NCBI RefSeq assembly: GCF_000150275.1
Contig: NW_002060964.1
Span: 858,975 to 922,974, forward strand
Length of the DNA: 64,000 nucleotides
DNA from: Trichoplax adhaerens
Taxonomy: Eukaryota; Animalia; Placozoa
Reading direction: 5' to 3'
Both the position numbers and the translations under genes were made by a program. Within the stretch, counting starts at the first letter, position 1, and every line of letters begins with the position of its first letter. This document shows, piece by piece, positions 14,379-27,500 of this stretch. The notes under the pieces were generated by a model, which was given only the letters and a program-made list of their open reading frames with translations, did not search any database and was not told where the DNA came from.

Positions 14379-14712
14379 TCTGTCACTCTCAAAAGTAATT
14401 AGACACACCTACTGTTATTCCGTACTAATTAAATCTTTATTATATTAACCCAAACATGTTTACATTTTACAGTACGATAGCATTCGTTCTTATGCCTGCC
14501 ATTCTCATAAATAATTAGATACATCCACTGTATCAACTCATGCTAATCAAATTTTTTTTAACCAAAAATATGTTTACATTTTACAGTACGATAGCATTCG
14601 TTTTCCTGCCTGTCATTCTCGTAAGTAATTAGATACATCCACTGTTTCAACTTATGCTAATTAAATTTTTTTAACCGAAATGTGTTTACATTTTACAGTA
14701 CGATAGCATTCA
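14379..14712. repeat. Approximately 115-120 bp element tandemly triplicated upstream of ADAM copy 3
   Basis: Three copies of ...ctctc...taattaga(c/t)aca...actgt...tgtttacattttacagtacgatagcattc. A single homologous copy lies at about 4668-4770, upstream of copy 2. Confidence 0.85.
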
Positions 14713-16200
14713 TTCTGAAACTGACAGAGATTTTGGCTTGAGACACGCCGATCATAGCAGTTTGAACCGAAAATAAAGAGGCTTACCTATGTTTCATCTT
14801 GACTGACATAGATGAAAGCTTGGAGGTGTATTATTCAAACAAGTTCTCGAATGTCTCAAGCAAGTTGAACGAGACTCGTATTGTAGCAAGGACAATTTTA
14901 AAATTAACGATTAATCAGAAGAATCCTTTAAAATTATACAAATGCTCAATAAGAAGATTCTTGTTGCATATAATGTTTTATCTCGAGTTGCTTACATTCA
15001 TAATACTACAATATTGCATGTCATTATTCCATCAACGTGATCAAAATATGGTACCAGGGACTACTAAATACTAATGGTACTCTATTATAAAGCTGGCTTG
15101 AAAAGTAAAACTCTTGCGTAAAATCTATTTATGAGTAAAGTTAAATAGAATCCTTTTCCAGAATCCTATTTTAGTTAAGCATCGCATACTGCAGAATTTT
15201 ATCGAAAGGATAACATCTTTATGGAAGCAGTCTAATCGTTGCACTTCTACAGGAATCAGTGATATCAACAGTCTCATCGAAAATTTATCCGTATCATCCA
15301 GATCTTGAGCTGTTAGTCAAAATATCATAACAACAACATTGCTTAGACATTTTATTCAATTATAACAATAATATTTAACTAATAACATATATATATATAT
15401 AATATACATAATATGTAAATCAGCAGCTTTAAAGGTTATTTCATCCAATGATTTGTTTTGGTGTACTTCCGTCGCTATAGTTCAATCACTTGATTTTCAG
15501 AATGGCAAATAAATAATAGATACGCGCACTTTCGAGTGGTTTGCTCCTATCTTTTATGTTATCTTTCAATCTTTTATTTGACGCTTGAGCAAATAAGAAA
15601 GGTCGCAGATTCATACTAGGGGTGATTTCATACTACAAGTAATAATTGCCTTAAGCATCAATTCCTGTGATTGTACACTTATCGCACTATTTTCCGGTAG
15701 TGCTTTCAACACCTTGTATTACTATTTGATCATATGATTTTTCTGAGATAATTAAAAGCTACAATCGGTTTCTTAAACGATTACTTGCTTTGGTAAGATT
15801 CATCCGTTACACGTAGCATTACCGCGATCGCAACAGAAAACTAGGTACAAGCACATTCAATACACGGTAGGTAAGATAAAATTATTCGGTAGATTATATC
15901 CTATAATTTTAAAGCATGGATAAGGTTACAATCAATCTACTTGAATACAGATTCTCGTGTGTGTTTGTTCAAAATTTACTTCGACATAATCTTAGCAACG
16001 ATACAAGTGGCGGAGTTTTCAGTTGAGAAGTACACGAAGTCTAGAAATAGAATGTCCTCCGTACTTTTCCAATAAACTTAGATTCTAGAATCAGTTTCTA
16101 TGTAGAATTAAATTATTCGGCATGAGTTGATCATTTAGCGGCATATGTATAGACAGCCTGAAACAATAAATATTTCTATATTAATATACTAGAATTAGCG

Positions 16201-19200
16201 ATGATCACGCTGGGAAGTAGTAAAATAAAGAGCAAGTGCTATTCTCTCTGGCTAACTTTTATTTTGTCCCTGATATCACTGAGTATCCTAACCGGTGCTA
16301 ACTTAACCAAGGAACAAAAACAGCAACTACCTCATGGACTTCGTAGTTATCACTTATTTAAACCCGAAGTAACTATTAATGGAGGAAAATATCAGTGGCC
16401 AATTGTATCGCCAAATGCATCAGTCGATATAAATCTAAATGGTGAAAAACTAACGCTAGATTTACAACGTAATGATGGATTAGTCGACCACCATTTTCAC
16501 CATACCTATCAAGTTACAGGCCAAATGCGTCGCCAACGAGGCTTAACACAACCATTTTGCTACTATCATGGACAAATTCGCCAAACCGCAAAAGCTAAGG
16601 TAAGGCCAATGACCTTGACTATGACTATAAAATCAGCACGCCATATAATTACTAATGTCTGTAACTCAACTAAATATCCAGTTCATGGATTACCATTAAA
16701 GTGATCATTTTATATAAGATTCGCAGCTACAGAACATATAAAATATTAAACTTTTATGATACTTCACATTCATATTACGATTCGCCGATATAATTATTGT
16801 ATCGCTCAAAGAAAATACTAAAAGCATGAATCGAAAATTTCTTAAAAGGAGAGAAAATATCTCAATCCACTTTCCTTAAACCAAATCGTTCAAAATTAGC
16901 CGACACGTCTTGTCTTGATGCACTCATAATGTGAATAGGTTACCTGTAGTAAAATAATACCGTACATGATAGATCAATTTCATGAGGTTGCACAATACAG
17001 CAGATAGAATGCGTGCTGTATTGCCATTTGCTGTAAGAGTATCAATAATATTTATCGGGAATTTCCTCAACTGTCAATGTTTTTGACAATATGACAGTGC
17101 TGTCGATACTGTCAAAATCATTGACAGTAGAGGAAATTCCTCAATATTTATTATTTTTACGGGGCTCTTAAGTCGGAGAGTGTATCGAAAGAAGCCTTTA
17201 CTAAAGACGCTGTTGTAGGCGCGGAAATCATTTTACTGTCAGCTGTTATGTATGTAAGAATACAGTAACCTGTTGTACTGCACCTAATGTGTTAGCATAA
17301 GATACGTTATTACGGCTATACTATTTAAATGCAGTAAATCCTAAATAAAAGAGACTTTTAGTAAGCTTACTAGGAGGAGTGTATCAAAGTCCCTCGTGCT
17401 AACGTTAGCGACTAAGAGTGGAAATTCAACGTCAGCGATCACACCTCTTAGTGCTGACAAGTTATTGTCATGATAACTAGATCATGGTGCTACTCCATTT
17501 AATTAGGATATAATGTGTATTCGTGTGATAATTAATCTTATACATTCAATAGACTAATGGACTCATCTGTTTACTATCTTTCGACATTATCTTTTAATTA
17601 GGATTCACTGGATCACGTTGCTGTCACCGCTTGTCGCGGTATTAAAGGAATATTTCACTATCATGGTCATGATTACGCCATAATACCTCTAGATGACCAA
17701 TTACACGCTACCTATCGTATCAAAGATCAAAAAGATCAAAGTAGTAGTCATCTTAAGGAATTCCGCTGTGCTAGTAAGATTGCAAAATTAAATCCGGAAA
17801 CTGAGAAATGGCTTGAAGATAGGAAAGCATTACATTTACGTCGTCGACGCGATGTTTTCACTGAAACTAAGTATGTAGAATTAGTATTAGTTAATGATAA
17901 GCGATCATTCGATTTCTTGAAAGGTAATTTAACCGTTGTGGAGACTCGTTCCATTCAGGTTAGTGTAGAAAATCAATATTTGATAGCTCACGAAATGAGA
18001 TTTTCGTTAGTTATGTCGAAACAATTTCTACATATAATGAGAATTAGTCCGTGCATGTATGTGCGTTTAAGTACTTTTAGCACATACTTCTGTACAGTAT
18101 TATGCCAGTACGTAAGTAAAAAATTGTACAAGTAAAAGACTCGCGAGTATGACGAGAGTTGCTGGGGTCTTTAGTCTCGCAACAATTTACGTCTTACTTG
18201 AGTTTGGTTTATACTTTATTTCAATTACAGTTAACTATGATTGCTGACAACGTGCTCGACTGCGCTGTAAAATATTGTGTTGGTCTTTCATCACAAGTAC
18301 AATAATACATACAATCGCAATTACGGTTAGGGTTATAGGATGTACCTTTTTGTATGACAGTATCAAATTATGCTCTACCGAACTTTTTTACCTACTTTCC
18401 TGCACGTATGGACCACCGTAGGTGTGCTAATACATTGAGCCTTTAAGATTCGATAGCTATGGCTATTTTTGTGAGCCCTTGACCTATGAACGTGTTTGTA
18501 TGATTTTGACGGCTATAGTAACTTGATCAATAGCAGTTACTACAAGTCACATATCAGCTTTCGTAGAATTGAACACATTTATTTTCATACTTGGAAAGAG
18601 TAATGATACATCCACTATTTTATCCTATCATAAAATATAGAGTGTCTATAGTAATAGCAACTATGATCATTCTGAATATCTGTTGGCTTCATTAAAAATA
18701 TACTGTAGAACTGTAACAACTACTCGTATATTTTGCATAAATCTAGGTAGCTAATATCGTCGATTTAAGATATAAGTCAATCAACGTACGCGTTGCCCTG
18801 ATGAGTTTAGTTACATGGAGTGAAACTGATAAAATACTGGTTACATCAAATGCCTCTGCTACTTTAAGCAGGTTCGCCAATTACTCAAATGTTGTTTTGA
18901 AGAAATCCAATCCATATGATAACGCACAACTACTTACAGGTGTTAGTCTCACTAATAAAATTGGTAAGCCTTTTCAATGACACTAGTAATAACTGCAGCT
19001 GGAATAATCTTAATCGTAGCAAAATTTATCTTTTAACGATAACAAGCTTATTACGGATCTCTGTATTTATTCAAGAAATTACTTTATTAATGAATATCTT
19101 CTATCTATTATATTCCAGGTATCGGCTATCTTTCAACTATGTGTTTACCTAATTCAGTAGGAATGGTCGAAAATACACTAAATGTGGAAGGTGTAGCTAC

Positions 19201-21846
19201 AATCATGGCACACGAAATGGGCCATAATTTTGGCATGAATCATGATACGGGCAGAATATGTTCTTGCCCTAATATGCCAGTAGGAGTTACATCATGTATT
19301 ATGGAAGCAGCATTGCATTCACCTTACCCGCAAGCATTCTCTAGCTGTAGCGTCGCAGACTTATTTAAAAGTTTATATGAAGGACTCGGATCATGTCTCT
19401 TTAATGTTCCTACAAAACTATACACAAATCCAGTTTGTGGAAATGGTTTTAAGGAATCGGGCGAGGAATGTGACTGCGGAAGCGTAAGAGAATGTAAGGA
19501 TCGTTGCTGCAATGCAGCAACATGTAAACTGCAATCGTTTGCTGAATGCGCCTCCGGATCGTGCTGTGCAAATTGTAAATTCAAGGCTAGATCAACGTTA
19601 TGTCGCAAAGCTACAAATGATTGTGATTTACCAGAATACTGTAGTGGAACATCAGCAGATTGTCCTGCAAATGTCGTCAAGCAATCATCGCTAACATGTG
19701 GTAATGGTGCCGGTTATTGCTACAATGGAGCTTGCCTCACTACTAACGCACAATGCCAAACCTTATGGGGCCCCACTGGAAAGACAGCTCCTCAGATCTG
19801 TTGGGATAACCTCAATAAAATGGGAAATGAAAGTGGCTTTTGTAAGAAAACCGATGCTGGACAGTTTATCGCTTGCACCGCTAGCAATGTTCAATGTGGT
19901 AAACTCCATTGTGATTCGCAAGCCATTAGGCCCGTGATTGGTAATAGCTGGAATCTTTCAATAGCTGCTTTTGTTTCTAGGGTAAGATCGTCTTCTTAAT
20001 GTTACTCGGCCAGTATTACCTCTTATACGACTATCTTAAGCTAGGTGCCGTAAACTTGCGCATGATTGAATTAGTTTAACTTTAATGCTAACGTTATCTC
20101 TGCTAATACTAAATTTCTATTTGGATTGACTAATTATTATGCAGCCTGGAAAGTTAACTATATGCAAGAGCATTTCTGGGAACTTGGGATCAGACATCCC
20201 AGACCCAGGGATTGTTCTGGAAGGAACCAAATGTGGAGACAAAAAAATTTGTTTCGATAATGAATGTCGCAATATTAATTCCGTTATCAACATTAAGCAG
20301 TGCAACCCTATTGATTGCTCCAATCATGGGGTAAGTAAAACAATTTGAATTAATCATATTATAAACAGATAATGTTTTAAAATTAAAAATAAACATTCAC
20401 TTCACAGTGAGTCTACTACTTTGCGTTAGCACTTTTATTAATTAACTGACGGCTGATGTGGTAAGTCTTGAGGTTGGCCAGTGATAGTTTTCATATAATG
20501 CAGCTCGCGCTTTGCTACTAGTTAATTGATTTTATTGAAGGTTGAACTGTACATGCATTAGGAGGGTAATTGAATGATCAAGTGAAGCAATGCCGAAGAG
20601 TTCTTTAGACTCTCCTTTTATAAGATTCTAGCTGGAATAGTAACGGATCGTTTTATATTATAGCAGCGTCGTACTATACAAATATTTAAGTTTACTATCT
20701 TGCTAGATACGATATAGACAAGCATTTTGACTGCGTAACATGTCGATAATTTGTAATCTATGACTATTAAAACTTATAACTTATCTATTATTTTATAATT
20801 ATCAGACATGAACATTACGCTACGGTTCGGACCTAGTGTATTAGTGCAAAGATACACATATTTTAATGATTATTCGCGACAGCTAACATTATCAATGTGC
20901 TGATACGAGCGGCTACTTAGCCATTTTCTTCACGACAGAAATGAAATTAGTTAAGATATTGTATGAATTCTTCGTTATAGATTTGCAATAGTAACGGAAA
21001 CTGTCACTGTGACAATGGTTACGCTCCACCATCATGTAATCAACCTGGCAACGGGGGCAGTATTGATAGCCATGACCATAATACCTTACCGACCGCAACC
21101 TCAGGTAAGATCGTTCTTAAACAATATCAAGTTATATTGTACTTACGGTAGTAGCACTTAGCTGGTAGAGATCGATGGATATCTTTATTTTTTTTAATTT
21201 CTTATAGCTTACTTGGTTTCATTGATAGTTTTAGTAGTAACAATCGAAATCCTTCTCATAATGCTAGCCAGGGTAGCCTTATGAACGTCTCCTAATCTAT
21301 CCTTAACGTAGTATCATGATCAATCGGTTACTTATTCTTGTCTTGTTTTAAGTCTTACTAGTGTTGATTTTCAGTAGACAAAGTTCTTATGATACCTTAT
21401 AATCTGAATTGATGTCTGCTCTATACTAGAATAGAAGCTCTTCCAATTCAAGAATAACAATGTTACACGTAAAAGTGATCAAATTACAATTTCTTAATTC
21501 CTCTGCGCAACTAGAGACAAGTTTATAAATTACAGTAAACATTCGTATGGCCCAGAGTAGATCATATCTTTAATTGTAATACTTGAATTGAATTTACAGT
21601 ATTGCTTATGAACCTTATCCAAATCAAATCTTTACTTCCACTAACCGTTTCTAATTCTTATTTCTATCTATCTTTTACGCTGCCATGCTAGCACCAACAT
21701 CTAGTACAACGCCAACCTCTTCAGTGAACGGAAATAGTACAATATTGACAGTAACAAAAGATCATGAAATTTCTCGTGCTATGAGAAGCAGCTATAACAT
21801 TCTATTCATCGTGTTACTTGTAAAGATTGCATTTTGGCATTCTTAA
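16201..21846 (+). CDS. ADAM-family metalloprotease-disintegrin, copy 3, stalk exon deleted, predicted GPI-anchored
   Basis: Exons 16201-16599, 17602-17958, 18747-18963, 19119-19981, 20145-20330, 20981-21104, 21692-21846. [30 protein letters not shown]; ends ...[27 protein letters not shown]. Confidence 0.93.
17056..17142. mobile_element. 87-bp near-perfect palindromic MITE-like insertion with 9-bp target-site duplication
   Basis: ggaatttcctcaactgtcaatgtttttgaca...tgtcaaaatcattgacagtagaggaaattcc, flanked by aatatttat at 17047-17055 and 17143-17151. Not present in the paralogous intron of copy 2. Confidence 0.75.
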
Positions 21847-22117
21847 ATGGTTTCTCTAACATTAGTTATATTTAGTTTCTCTAAAATACATGATGTAAGT
21901 GTCAAAAAGATTGCACATGTTTATTTTTAATTTTTAGACAATTTATTGCAATTACTTTACCAATCAGGGATCATTATTATCACACTATCATCATTTAGTT
22001 CGAAATTTATCCCTTTTCGCCTTCTGCAGTAATCGTTTTACTTCATGTAATAAATAAAGCACTACCCTTAGCCGTACTCTAAATTAGTCACCCAATAATA
22101 TATAATTAGTTTTACAA

Positions 22118-22563
22118 TGTAGCGGTTAAAAGTAGTTTATTCTTCAAATCTTGCTGAATATTGCGGTAATAAAGCTCTAGACTACGCAAACTACACTTGG
22201 CTAGCTTTCAGGCACAGTTTATCGACTGCATTGTCTTCTAATGATGACAGCCTTTTATACCCTTCTTCGTAGCATGTTTGCCTAATCATTCTCCCTGATC
22301 AATTCGTCTGCAAACCTATTGTAACTTAATGTAGTCTCTAGTTTCCCTTCATTACTGATATGGGTGCTGCAAGTGGGAGACTCTTTCGCGACTGTAGGTA
22401 TGATTGTCCTGCCTCCCTTTTGAGCCAATCGTACACAAGTTACTGAGGTACGCTGATTCCGCCTGCCGAGGCAATCTCACGTAACTCCTGTACTGTGCAG
22501 TTGTCGTCTCATTACAAACAGCGTCCAGTAAATTGTTGTAGGTAGTTGTCTTTTTGCACTACA
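22118..22563 (-). mobile_element. Candidate solo LTR (446 bp)
   Basis: TGTAG...CTACA termini, higher GC than flanks, - strand TATAAAA (22253-22259) followed by AATAAA (22136-22141) just before the terminal CA. No clean TSD. Confidence 0.45.
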
Positions 22564-23523
22564 CAGTGCCAAGGTCAAGGACTACTAAAATAGTTCCAAT
22601 TGCTTGACTATGAATGTTCCCTAAAATCAAGATTAATTTACAGTTGCAGCAATAATAGACAGCAGTCATTAATCCTTGATCATGTGAGAGTGTGGTGGGT
22701 CACTTTTCTCGTGCAGCAAATATATATTATCCAGTAGCACAACGCAATACAGTATTCTCTGAAGGTTTCTCTTCTACGATGCATTTACACTTAGTGCGAC
22801 AAACTTCTCTAGTGCGGCGTGAATTCCGTATTCTGCGGCATATATGCTCTCTGTGCGGCTACGAACTTCTCTTTGGTAGTCTTTGCCTGCTTGGTACAGG
22901 ATGACGACCGTAACTATAACAACGGTTGGTTGGCAACAAAGATCCCATGACGTACAGTATTTTTAGACCAGTATTTCATGGTGATTGGTTGAAAGCGACC
23001 ATAGACGTCTGTTGGTTTAGCTGTACAGTACTGTATAAGTGTATATTATTATTGCTACGCTTACCAGTAACTGATGGTTTGTATTGCAATTTTCAAAGAA
23101 AGAAAATAACTCAATAATGCAGTAAAAATTGAAAAAAAACATCAAGTGCCAATTGCTTAGGGTTGTCATGATCTGTATTGGTGAAACTTGAGCCAAATTC
23201 AAAGTAAATGCCTTCAAAATTGAAAGACGTAAATAAAGGCTACACTATGTCTGAAGATCGAGTGAATACTTTTTAACCAGTACAGTATAGTACTGTACTG
23301 TACTGTACAGTGTACAGTATAAGGCTCACCACGCCCATGACATCTATGTTACGGCCAAAACCCGATGTTCGCCCAATACGCTATACGCGTATATGGATGT
23401 ACAGTTCTACACTAGCCAGCGATCGTTTGATGAAAATATCTAGTAATGAATCAAGTCGTCATTGTTCATCGTTAGATTATACAGTACAATGAACGTATTG
23501 TACTGTACTATACTGTACTGTAT

Positions 23524-23835
23524 GTGGACGGGCTAATTTCTATGATTTTGGTGCAAACAGATAGATTAAATTTTTTTTTTTTGGACAAATTTTATATCAG
23601 TCTATAGAAAAAGAGTTAATTTACACGAATCTGTCATCAAAATTTACGTAGTTTTCGAAATAACGGTTTGGCTTTAAACATAATTTACGAAGAAACCACG
23701 TTTCGTATAGTGATTCTGACAACGGATTCTTGTAATTTAACTCATTCTCTTTCGTTTCATATAAAATTTATTGAAGATATCAAAAATTTTGTTTACATTT
23801 ACCTTCACAAAAATCATAGAAATTAGCCCGTCCAC
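23524..23835. mobile_element. MITE-like element with about 30-bp terminal inverted repeats
   Basis: gtggacgggctaatttctatgattttggtg ... cacaaaaatcatagaaattagcccgtccac, with an AT-rich non-coding interior. Confidence 0.8.
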
Positions 23836-24578
23836 CCTTGTAGACTCTACAGTGTAGAGTAGGCCCAGCCATAATAACCCCGATTACTCAGATACTGTAG
23901 AGTCATCTAAATGGGATATCGCCGCCTGATTGACATTGAATAACAATAGCCTGTGAAGGACGTCACAAAAGGATTTTTCCTGTTCGATAGTTGGCGAAAC
24001 TATTGTGACAGTCAATTCAACGATTGAAAATAGTGAGTCGGCGGATTCACTTTCTACAGCGTTGTCACAAGCGGTTCGATTGAATCGCCAATAATCCATT
24101 CAGTCTATCTCTCGGTCAACCTTGGACGCTTCATCATTGCCTATCTTGACCTCCATCATTTCTACCATCCTATACTAAAACGAAATGGCCAAGGTGGACT
24201 GAAATTTTCCCTCTCTTGTGTCCTTTTTGCTTGGTTCTTCAGATTCAATAAATAATAATAATATTATTTTCCAGCCTTGTTTTGATTCATTTCTTGACTG
24301 CATTTTTGAATCGTGTATTCATTGGAATAATCCATCAAGTTGAGCTATTTTTACCTGTTATGATGATCCATTTTACCTCTATGTATGCGAGCTGATCCTA
24401 TCCCGTCGCCATCATCCATTCTCAGTACTTTTCCTTGACTTTCTGTTTGATTCTTAAAAGAGAGAATTGGAAAGAAATCAAAAAACAAACTCTTCATTTC
24501 CCCCATCTTGAAAAGAATCGATCGATCTTAAAGTTGCTGTAGTCTTTGTGGTGGCTAATAGACGATATAGTTTACACC

Positions 24579-27500
24579 ATGAAGGTTTTTCGTGCTATTG
24601 CCTTGACTCTATGGTGGGTCATGCATTTGGCAACGATACCGAGTTATGCTGATCTGCTACAACAACAATCATTTCCTTCTTTGTCACATAGCAAAGACAA
24701 ACATCATTCATTTATTCCTCGTCTTCAAGTCGATGGAGTGGAAACTCACTGGCCATTAACATCTCCTACAGTAACACTGTCGATTGATTTCTATGGGCAA
24801 GAGTTAATCATCGATTTAAGACGGAATGATCGATTAATCCCTGAAAACTTCCATCATACTTATCAAGGGAACGATGAAACAGTTCGCCATCAAGGTTTAT
24901 TTCAACCCTTTTGCCATTACCATGGCAGGATTAGAGCTTCTACTAGCCACCAGGTAGTAGCCTTAATGAATCAACTTCAGGCATTCAATTTATTTAATCA
25001 TTACTGCAATAAAGTAATTATGCTCATAAAAACGAGATCTGAAGGAGAAATCGATTCGCTCTTCCAGTATACAGTATAGTGTGTAGCCAATCCAATAATC
25101 TCGATCAATTACCATATTTCGAACTTTATCCTTAAACATATATGTATTTAAACAAGTAAACAGTCTGTAACTCGTCAAGTTTTCGACATTGAAAAATGCC
25201 CATTTGTATTTCCGAACTTGAAATTACTATAGCACGGCCATTAGCATATTTTCTCATCACAGCCGGCAGTTCGATCATTCATTTTTACTTTTTACCATGA
25301 CTCCATGCTCGCAATGTTTCACACATACACTACATCAAAGCTAATTTTCACCACAGTCTACTCGTACTATGTAAATACTGCACCAGTTCTTCTTTTTCTA
25401 GCTCGCTTTCAGTATATTTTATATTATCATCCATGACAGGTTATCATCCGTGTTATTAACTCCTTTCTACTGCACTGTAAACAATTTCACAGTTATTTTT
25501 ATACCTTGACTATTGATTTATGACATTTGCAAATACTAGAATTTACAAAATAGACCGTCGTCAGCGGAAAGAAATAGACTAATATTAACTTCTAATGGTT
25601 GATTAGAATAATAGTTTACAATTGGTAAATACAATTAGATTAGATACTATAATACAAATACGGGAAGAAGCAACGCGAAATTGAAACTACGTTAGAACAG
25701 ATAGGCAAGTGCGAATGATTTCGACTATCAAGTTTGCAATAGAACTTTTCCAAACGGAAACTTGAAACCAATCAGTTATTAGGTGTTGGTTAAAAAGCGA
25801 TCGCAAATATTGTATACGCCAACAATCATTATTAAAAGTGAGAATTTGCGTTGGGTAACAGTACTCTGAACTGCTATGTATGTACTCTAGAATACTAAGG
25901 CTAATTCTTAGCTGACATCTTAAATTTAATGTAAGAGGCGATATCATTTGCTTATGCTGCTCTTTACACCCTATTCAATCACACCTTTCTAGCAATAAAA
26001 CTTGCTACCTAATATCCTATTGAACAAATCGAAAATTTTCCGTTACAACAAATAATGAAGAAAATCTGAATATTTTTATCTTCCTTTACAATACTGAGTT
26101 GATCACGACAACACATCAAATGTCGCTTTCACCAAAAACAATTTCGACCCCCTTTTTGACAAATGATATCCTCCAAGAGCCAAGATTCGGGTGGCCCGTA
26201 CCCTATGGAAGGAATCGGTACTGGAAAGGATTTGTACTGTACGATGAAATCATCCTATCAAAATTAAAATATTTCACATACGTATTGACAAGGATAATGC
26301 CCTTAGTTACCTATAATTAAATTGTTGTCGATTGATCAATGACAGATTTTAACACAATATTCTCGCAGGGTGTACATCCGCATAAGAAAGATGACTGCTC
26401 GCAGTTTACAGTCGCTTTATTAACTTAGTATAAGCAATAGTAAAGTAGCAACGAATTCGCTTTCAAGCACTTCCAACTCCGTAGCAGCACTACCAATAAT
26501 ACAAAAGTTTAGAGACGTTATATGCTGGCATGCATGACTCTCTCGATATAATGTAATGTTATATAGTGTTCTAATGCTACATTGAAGTAAGCGTAGTAAC
26601 CTCAAATGTGCCTTATTAGTGGATTACAGTAAATTAATTTTTTTATACTATGAGTATGCTATTCCTTGAATAATTTAATCATTCTATTGCTTTTTCCATT
26701 GGAAATAGTCACAAATAGACAACGCGGCCATCAGTGCTTGCCAAGGTATTTCAGGCGTCTTTCAATACAAAAATCGAGATTACGGCATCAAACAACTCAA
26801 CGATAAAATTCATAGCATCTATCCTTTAAGTGATCTCTACAGCAAGCTCAACAATCCAGGTAAACCTTTGAAATTGATTGACAAGATCCACACCAGTAAG
26901 TACAATAAACTGCCGATTCAACAAGAGAACAATCACGCTCGTCAACGGCGGAATGTTTTAAGTCAAACCTTGTATGTAGAAATGGTTGTAGTCAATGATA
27001 AACGATCATACGGATTATTTAATAATATCACCGCTGTAGAGAGCTACACTATCCAAGTAAGTATTCAAAGCTAACCGAATTGCAATTATTTTAATTTTCA
27101 GGGCAGAATAAATATTTGAACCATCCGTACTCTCATCTGTAAATTAAGCATAATTACTCAATACCTAAGTAAATACAAGTATATGACAGCCACTTCATTC
27201 TTACCGTTGGTAGTAATATATCACACGCTAATAGTAATTTTGAATAAGCTAGACAATGTCCAGCGTAGATATCCACTAGGCAAAAATGAGAAACTCTTAC
27301 GTGGTGGTAGCTTGATTTTTACCCTTCGCTATAGCAATATTCATTCATACAACTAGTTAATCGCTGCAAAATCATTTAGACACACATAGCTGACGCTTTT
27401 GTTTTTGCTTCGTATCTACTTTATCACTGTATTGCTTTTATAACCATCATCGACTGTTCATTTGGTTTCATGATTACCTTACTACGAATTTAATTCTAGG

